Source: Eledone cirrhosa
Lineage: Eukaryota
Length of the DNA stretch: 64,000 nt
Assembly: GCA_964016885.1 (NCBI GenBank)
Contig: OZ024746.1
Coordinates: forward strand, 98,208,001-98,272,000
Direction: 5' to 3'
The translations under genes and the position numbers were made by a program. How positions within the stretch are numbered: the first letter of the stretch is position 1; the number at the start of each line of letters is the position of its first letter. Shown here one piece after another: positions 55,977 to 64,000 of the stretch. The notes below the pieces were generated by a model, which saw only the letters and a program-made list of their open reading frames with translations, ran no database searches and was not told where the DNA came from.

Positions 55977-57551
55977 ATGAAGGTACCCGGAAAAAACCCC
56001 ATATCTCGGAAACACGTGCTCCGATTTACTCGAAACTTTTTTTATTCCATTTGTATTCCCATTTCAGGGTCAACTTCCTTTCAAAGTTTTTTCCCATTAT
56101 GCGCCCTTTTGGCTGTATTACATTACAGACGAGCAAGCAAGCCAGCAATCACAGACTTTGAGTATTATATAGATCGATAGATGGCTAGCGGCAACTAGAA
56201 TTTGGAAAACTATGCATAACCACTATAAGCTTGACGTCCTTCAAACTCTAGATAACCTGTCGTTATGCTTTCTCCAGAACATCGACGTACATAGATACTT
56301 TTATATAACAGCCTTAATTATATGCGGGACCTCGAGAATGCATTTGACCGCGAGCCCACTATGATTTAAATCAACTCCACTGAAAATGGCAGGGCAATAA
56401 TAGTCAGATATATGCTTGAAGCAATACATAACTTCAACATATTGTTTTCTATTTTTTCATTCTTCTACTTCTATAGATATGGCAAATTGTTTCTATAAAG
56501 ATATTTCCAGAAAGTCATTCAAAATCCAATGGAGTTGATATTGCGAAGATTGAAATAGTGAAATTATCTACAAGGATTGCTATAAACAAAAAACAAACAC
56601 AGAAAGACACAAAAGCCACACCAGGGTTTGCAGAGCGGCAAAAAATACCACCATAGTATATAACACACATTCTGTTATGACAGAACCTACATCGATTTCG
56701 GTGGTGAGTATTCAGTTGCTTAATCAACAACTACCAAATTTGTTTCGGTTGATGAATACAATCAGGGGTCGCTGCTTCTCCTGAAGGTCAATAGTTCTCT
56801 TCTAACTCGAGCGGGAACGCCTTTCCATTGTCAATTTGCATTGATCATCTGCAAAGCCGCATTGTTCTCAGAACCACTACACCAGTCTTTCGATGTGTGT
56901 AGCTGGAACTACTGCCACCCATTGATTTGGCAGGATCGCAGCTCATTTCTACAACTGAGTAAACTGCAGCAACGTGAAATAAAGTGTCTTGCTCAAGGAC
57001 ACAACACATCACCTGGTTCAAGAATCGAACTCACAACCTTTCGGTTGCAATCCCAATGTTCTAACCACTAAGCCATGCGCCTGCACCTGAGTGTAATAAC
57101 TCTTTATTTATTCTCATTCAAAATGGTATAGAGAGCAGCGACTACAACCACAGCAGCTACATAGTCGGGGTCTATAATTATGTTTAGATCTGTCTTGCAC
57201 TTTGCCATTCAATTATTAATAGTTAGTATGTCGTTTCTTGACGAAATAATATTTCGTATTCTACCATTATTAAACTCTGGTGATTTGGTTTGCCGTTTTC
57301 CTGTTTAAATTCTAATTATGAGCAGCGACAATCATTCGTTCAGCCAATATTGCTTTTAAATGGATTTTCTTCTGTCGAGGCTAAAAATATTATAAAGACA
57401 TTTTAGTGTCGCTTTAAATTTGTCTCCTTAGAGATTTTCTTTTATAATATTTCCATTTAGTGTATAACCTCTATTAATGTATAACATTAGTGTATAGCTT
57501 CTAATAGTGTATAGCTTCTATTACTGTATATCCTCTGTTCGTGTGTATATA

Positions 57552-57890
57552 GTGAAGACGTATGGCTTAGTGGTTAGAACATTGCGGCTGCAATTGAGAG
57601 ATTGTGAGTTCGATTCTCGGACCGGGTAATGAGTTGTGTCCTTGAGGAAGACACTTTATTTCACGTTGCTCCAGTTTACTCAGCTGTAGAAATGAGTTGT
57701 GACGTCACTGGTGCCAAGCTGTATCAGCCATTGCCTTTCCCTTGGACAACATCGGTGGGGTAGAGAGGAGAGACTGGTATGTATGGGTACCTCTGGTCTT
57801 CCACAAACAATCTTTGCCCAGGCTTGTGCCTCGGATGGAAACTTTCTAGATGCAAGACCATGGTCATTAGTGACCAATAGGGGATTAAAT
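57552..57890 (+). mobile_element. tRNA-derived SINE, family B head with a longer body
   Basis: TGGCTTAGTGG and GAGTTCGATTCT boxes, plus TGTCCTTGAGGAAGACACTTTATTTCACGTTGCTCC. Confidence 0.82.
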
Positions 57891-58430
57891 TAGTGTATAG
57901 CTCCTATTGATGTGTAGCTTCTATTAACTTCAGCTAATGTATAGTTTCTATTTTATTGTTATGTTACAAACACAACCGTACAAAAATTATTTTCTTGGTT
58001 AACAAGACTTTCTTTATCAAGTGTCTTTACTACTACCGAAATCACTTAACCTTCAACTCCACAAAATATTTTAGCAATGGTGGTATAGTCACTGCCTCCG
58101 TTTCTCTCACTCTCCCCAACTCTCACTATTATAAGCAAAGAGGGGCTCACGCGCTGGCCGCCCCGTGCCTCCGGCAGACAGAATAGAGAAGGCGTTTCCC
58201 TGTAGAATTGCGAGGGAGACGCGTTTGAAGAGCTATTCCAGCTAGTTAGGCTCACACTTGCGGGTAGCTAACTCTGTGCCGATGGTGATAAGTAATGAGG
58301 TTGTCGTACGGCCAAGGACGCTAGATGTCTCCACTTTCTGTATGAAAGTATTTAAGAAAAACATTGTTTGTCTAATTGCCACATGGTGCATATAAATAAT
58401 AATTTAATTATTTTATAGTCCTCGAACGTA

Positions 58431-58770
58431 GGCGGCGAATTGCCAGAGTCGTTAGAACGTCAGATAGAATACTTTATGGTATTAGTTCCAGCTCTCTGCT
58501 CTCTGAGTTCAAATCCCGCTGAGGTCAACTTTGCCATTCATCCTTTTGAGGTCGATAAATAAAAGTACCAGTCGAGTACTGAGGTCGATTCTTCCTCTTT
58601 ATCACTTTCTCATTTCCTCTCTCTCACTTTCTATCTTTCTCTGTTAGAAATCTGCTGTACTCAGGCCTGGAGAGGGAAGGGCTCCACCAGGCTTAACATC
58701 CCCAAGAAACGCCGTTTATCAATACGGTGCCCCTACGACTCTATCAGAAGTTATGGGACCATACTATACT
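58431..58770 (+). mobile_element. tRNA SINE with 3' extension (unamplified counterpart of 6936-9730)
   Basis: GGCGGCGAATTGCCAGAGTCGTTAGAACGTCAGATAGAATACTTTATGG... carries one copy of the 29-bp satellite unit. Confidence 0.88.
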
Positions 58771-58911
58771 TACATACATTCCTCGAACATTTCGTTAAGC
58801 AATTTCATACCAATTTGCTAAATATATTTATTACTTACTAAATATGCAACGTTTGGAATATACAATATTTAGCTGTTGTTATTTTTGTATCTAATTTGTT
58901 CACTCTAGTTA

Positions 58912-59281
58912 CCGTATTTCCCGGCTCCGAAGACGCTTCGTACACGAGGACACACCCTAATTTTAACAACCCAAATATTTGAAAAAAAATAATGGTTTCT
59001 TATATAGGCACAAGGCGAGCAATTATTTGGGGGGGGGGGGGGGTCCATCAAATCGATCCCACTGCGTGACTGGTACTTTATCTTATCGACCCCGTAAAGA
59101 TGAAAAGCAAAGTTAACCTCGGCGGAATTTGAACTCAGATCATAACGCCTTGTTACTCTATGCTGCAAAGCATGGCGTCCGACACTTGAAAAAAAATAAT
59201 AAACAAACTTCGGCCTCCAGGACGATTTTTTGAGACTTATTTTAGAAAAAAAAGTAGTGTTTTCGACGCCGGGAAATACGG
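58912..59281. mobile_element. pogo/Tigger-type MITE with a nested SINE
   Basis: TA-CCGTATTTCCCGGC ... GCCGGGAAATACGG-TA. The minus-strand SINE at 58994-59185 is flanked by the 15-bp TSD TTGAAAAAAAATAAT. Confidence 0.85.
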
Positions 59282-59354
59282 TATTCTCTAATTGATCATA
59301 TTGAAACAGTAATTTCTTGCTGAGGTAGTGTATTGATGTTATATTATCTTTGCA

Positions 59355-59985
59355 AGGGTGGTGGATTGGCAGTATCGGTAGAGGGTGGATGCCATGCTTT
59401 GCAGCAAAGAGTTACGTCCCTTTATGGTCTGAGTTCAAATCCCGCCGAGGTTAACTTTGCCTTTCATCCTTACGGGGTCGATAAAATAAAGTACCAGTAA
59501 TGTACTGGTGAATTGCTGGCCTTGCGGTAGATTGGCAGAATCGGTAGAGCGTCGGAGACCATGCTGCGTGACACTGAGTTACGTGCCTTTACGTTTTAAG
59601 TTCAAATCCTACTGAGGTTAGCTTTGCTTTTCATACTTACAGGGATCGATAAAATAAAGTAGCAGTAATGCACTGGTTTGATTTAATCGACTTTCCCATC
59701 CCCTAAAATTGTTGGCCTTTTGCCTAAATCAGAAACCATTATTATTACTGACATAAGGGTGGGGAATTGGCAGAATCTGTAGAGCATCGGACAACATGCA
59801 TTGTGGTATTGAGTTACGGCCCTTAACGTTCTGAGTTCAGATCCCACCGAGGTTAGCTTTGCCTTTCGTCCTTACAGGGTTGATAAAATAAAGTACCAGT
59901 AACGCACTGGTGTCAATTTAATCGACTTTCCCCTCTCCTTCAAATTGCTGGCCTTGTGCCTAACTCACAAGCCATTATTATTGCT
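59355..59985 (+). mobile_element. Three tandem family-A tRNA SINEs
   Basis: Repeated A/B boxes and bodies. Confidence 0.88.
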
Positions 59986-60261
59986 GACGTAAGATATAAA
60001 GAGTAGACTGTAATCTCTCTACTCTACAATTGGGGTTTACATCCTATCATGCCATTCTTCCTCCTGGATAACTATTTTGTTTAAGTATCAAATCCATATT
60101 TCAAAATTTATTTAACAGTTGAGGCCCAAATACTTACGTTAATGTCACCAATAACTTCCCGTCAATAGAACTCTTATTAAAACCATCAATGGCTTTGAAA
60201 ACGGCATTAACCTTACACAACCCCATTCTCTTTCCTTATAGATTTCTGGCTTTAGGCATGG

Positions 60262-60680
60262 GTAGGATTTTTTTTACGCTCAGAGTTGCTGAAGCATGGA
60301 ACAAACTACCTGCATCAGTTGTTAGCTGTCGGGTCACTGCATCCTTTAAAACCTCCATGGAACAAACTACCTGCATCAGTTGTTAGCTGTCGGGTCACTG
60401 CATCCTTTAAAACCTCCATGGAACAAACTACCTGCATCAGTTGTTAGCTGTCGGGTCACTGCATCCTTCAAAACTTCCATGCTTCCTGAAATTCGCCAAC
60501 ACTCCACCTGATATTCCTCCTCCATACACACGCACTCATGTGTGTCTCTGTGTGTGTATATATCATGACTCATACACTTTCCTGACATTTGTACATTATT
60601 CTATGTACTATACATGCACCGTTGATGAATTGTAATGCACCTGAGCACTGTACACAATCATTTTCATTATATTATGATTA
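60262..60680 (+). mobile_element. CR1/L2-group LINE 3' end with an internal 61-bp triplication
   Basis: FFTLRVAEAWNKLPASVV.C....SFK, a CR1-like ORF2 C-terminus. Tandem unit CATGGAACAAACTACCTGCATCAG... x3. ATT-rich tail. Confidence 0.8.
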
Positions 60681-61917
60681 AAACATCTATATTTCAAAAC
60701 TGGTCGACAAAACATTTCTTTCTGAAATGATTTGGGATTTGAAAATTGTTTTCGGGTTTGCAATTGCATGAATAATTTATGCGATTTAATAATTCTATTA
60801 TTTCACCGACACGGGTGCTGGATTGGCAGTATTGGTAGAGGGTCTGACTGACGCCATGCTTTGCAGCAAGGAGTTACGGCCCTTTATGACCTGGGTTCAA
60901 ACCCAGCCGAGGTTAACTTTGCCTTTCATCCTTACGGGGTCGATAAAATAAAGTACCAGTAATACACTGGGATAATTGATGGCCTTGTGCCAAAAGTTGA
61001 AACAATAATTTCACCGACACTGGACTGATGTTTTCTTTATTGACCGTTAAAGGATGAAAGACAAAATTGACAAAGTTGAATCCAGAATTATGAGCAGTGA
61101 CAACCATTGGTTCAGTCAATATTGGTTTTAAAATCAATCTTCTTTTGTATAGGCCAAAAATATTACAAAGACATTTTAATGTCGCTTTGAATTTGTCTCT
61201 TTAGAGATTTTTTAATAATATTTTCGTTTAGGGTATAACTTCTATCTGGGCGCGTAGCTTAGTGGTAAGGATGTTGGACTTCATTTCATGCTGCTCCAAC
61301 ATACACAGCTGAAAACAAATGAGTACCGGTAATAGCTGGGGGTTTAACTCTGCGATGGGAAAAACAAATAAACTTTCGTGTTAAATGTTAACTAAATGTT
61401 TGAGGAAATCAGTGCTGCAAGGACTATCCCTTGTAATGAGTATAATTGTAGGACTTAAGCAGCTTGATATAGATATTTCCACACAGTATGTGTAGTTTAA
61501 CTAATCGTTGTCCTTACTTGATTTATTCTGAACTAAACTTTAAGGAATTATTTATAAATTAATAATTTACACTTTCTAAAGCCAAGATGACAGTTGCAGG
61601 CACAGCTACGTTGACTCTTTTGAATACGACTCTACTGGTTCGTTGTTTTGAGAGTTTAACGCGGATTTACATGGTGACAGATTGCGAATTTTAATGAAAG
61701 GGAATTTTAAAGTAGCATATGGGGAATGGGGAAAATGGGATTACGTAGCATTTAAAAAGATTTAAACAATGACTTTGATGATAAATTGACGTTAGTTGAA
61801 TAGATATGTGCTAAATAATGTGACTAGTAAAAGTCTGTTGCATTACAGATAACTAAGATCTTACACTTACCAGTGAAAACCATACAGCAGGGGTTCACAA
61901 ACTTTTTGGGCCACCAC

Positions 61918-62500
61918 CATGAAAGGCAAAGTTTACCTCGGCGGGATTTGAACTCAGACCATAAAGGGCCGTAACTCTATGCTGCAAAGCATGGCGTCAG
62001 ACTTTCTACCGATACTGCCAATCCACCGATACATAATAAATATGGTCAATTTATATATAATAAATAATATAATTGTTTCTACTTTTGGCACAAGGCCAGC
62101 AATTACCCAGTGCATTACTGGTACTTTATTTTATCGACCCCGTAAGGATGAAAGGCAAAGTTAACCTCGGCGGGATTTGAATTTGAACTCAGAATGGCAA
62201 GGGCCGTAACTCTATACGTCAAAGCATGGTGTCCGACCCTCTACCGATACTGCCAATCCACTGCCCTCAACGCTTAATCTATAATAATGGTTTCTTATAT
62301 AGGCACAAGGTCAGCAAATTTTTATTGGGGGGGGGGGGTCGATTAAATTGACTCCAGTGTGTGACTGGTACTTTATTTTATCGACCTCGTAAGGATGAAA
62401 GGCAAAGTTAACCTCAGCGGGATTTGAACTCAGATCATAAAGGGATGTAACTCTATGCTGCAAAGCATGGCGTCCGACCCTCTACCGATTCTGCCACCTC
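61918..62500 (-). mobile_element. Three tandem family-A tRNA SINEs on the minus strand
   Basis: Reverse-complement family-A motifs. Further copies at 44925-45110, 60815-61010 and 62812-63035. Confidence 0.88.
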
Positions 62501-63697
62501 CTCAACGCATGACTTATAATTATGAATACTTTAGTTTACAATCAAACAATTTCGCAGTCTAATTCTCTGTCCCAGAACCTTTGATATCACAGGGGAGACG
62601 AAGGAGAAGAGAAAGTTGTTTGCGATGAATGATTCTTGACTAATAAATATTCACAGTGAAAATATAAGTTAAGTTTCTGTAAAAACGAAACACATATTGA
62701 CTGAGATAATATCATAAAATTGTGAGTCCCAAGTGCAGAAAATGACTGTAATATCAGTCGTCCACTATAGAGGATAGTTAAGAAGATTGGGTAAATTTAC
62801 CTCATTATCTATAGGGCGGTGGAGTGGCAGTATCGGTAGAGGGTCGGACGCCATGCTTTGCAGCATAGAGTTACGGTCCTTTACGATATGAGTTCAAATC
62901 CCGGCGAGGTTAACTTTGACTTTCATCCTTACGGGGTCGATAAAATAAAGCACCAGTAATGTACTGGGGTCGATTTAATCGACTTCCCCCTCCCCCAAAA
63001 TTACTGGCCTTGTGCCTATACAAGAAATCATTATATATAGTGAGCGACTATTATTACATTTACTTTTTACAATTGGGACTCTCACCTTTTCAGTTGTCCT
63101 GCATTCCCAGCTTCGTTGAATCATAAGTTTCACTAATTTACTTTTTAAATGATATTTGATTTCTGTGCAGTAAAACCAATAAAAATAACAAATATTCTGG
63201 TGTTGTCCTGTCTTCATGCACCACTCTAGGAATAATAAAGACCCCCCCCCCAATTTTCAGTTTGGACGTGACATTATAGATTTAATATCGAAATAGTATT
63301 AATAATACATGGAGACACTGTGAGGATGGATTGGCGTCAGACCAAATTGCTTCCAAGTGAAAGTCCAAGGGTTATTTCATAAACATATCGTATCACTGAA
63401 AATAAATAAATTAAATAAATTGAAAGTCGATTGCAATATCAGTTTATAAGTATTTGATCTACATTAACCATAACGTATTGAAGCGTGCGTACATGTACAC
63501 ACACACACACACACAAACACTCTCTCGCGCGCGCGCATCCACACATGCATATATAAGGAAACACACACATAGTCGCTCTCTCTCTTTCGCACGCACACAT
63601 GCATATATAAGGAAACACACACACGCGCGCGCGCGCACGCACACATGCATATATGTAAGGAAACACATACACACACTCTTTCTCTCTCTCTCTCGCG

Positions 63698-63729
<32 letters not shown>

Positions 63730-64000
63730 TGCATATATAAGGAAACACAAACACACACACGCGCGCTTTCTCTATCGCACGCTCACACGCACTCACGCAC
63801 ACATGCACATACAAGGAAACACACACACACACAGTCGCTCTCTCTAACGCACGCACAGGTACACACACATGCATATATTAGAAAAAAAACACACACACAT
63901 ATTCTATTCTATCCTGCTGGTGTATTTTGGCCGGTCTGATCTAATATCAATGATACAATCGATATTAGAGAATTGTAGCATATTGGTAAATGATTTGGGC

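Noticed and set aside
56515-56730. 71-aa ORF with a hydrophobic stretch
   Set aside because: No recognisable family, a non-ATG start, and no clear splice context.

Overview
AT-rich, microsatellite-saturated animal genomic DNA. The tRNA-derived SINEs and the GC-rich expansion in the 18S fragment suggest a cephalopod, probably an octopus (inference). No host protein-coding gene can be called with confidence, and almost all listed ORFs are microsatellite or minisatellite artefacts. The real content is mobile DNA. (1) Penelope-like retroelements (PLEs): one with a long open RT+GIY-YIG frame of Naiad type (18042-20294) between inverted pseudo-LTRs, two decayed Neptune-like copies, and many short non-coding pLTR remnants, nearly all lodged in (TA)n tracts. 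(2) About 15 hammerhead-ribozyme (HHR) motifs from about 10 distinct sequence families, read by eye in those pLTRs. They include non-canonical cores (U3-A8 covariation, U4C, U4A) and one with a stem II domain of about 115 nt. (3) A 5' 18S rRNA fragment that starts at the mature 5' nucleotide, is fused to a tRNA-SINE, and lies in the 3' region of the Naiad-like element. (4) Two kb-scale satellites, each grown out of a different segment of the same tRNA-SINE. (5) RTE/CR1 LINE fragments, one twin-primed with an 11-bp TSD, plus mariner, hAT, pogo and piggyBac-type MITEs and Helitron-like ends. Coordinates were read manually and may be off by a few bases.
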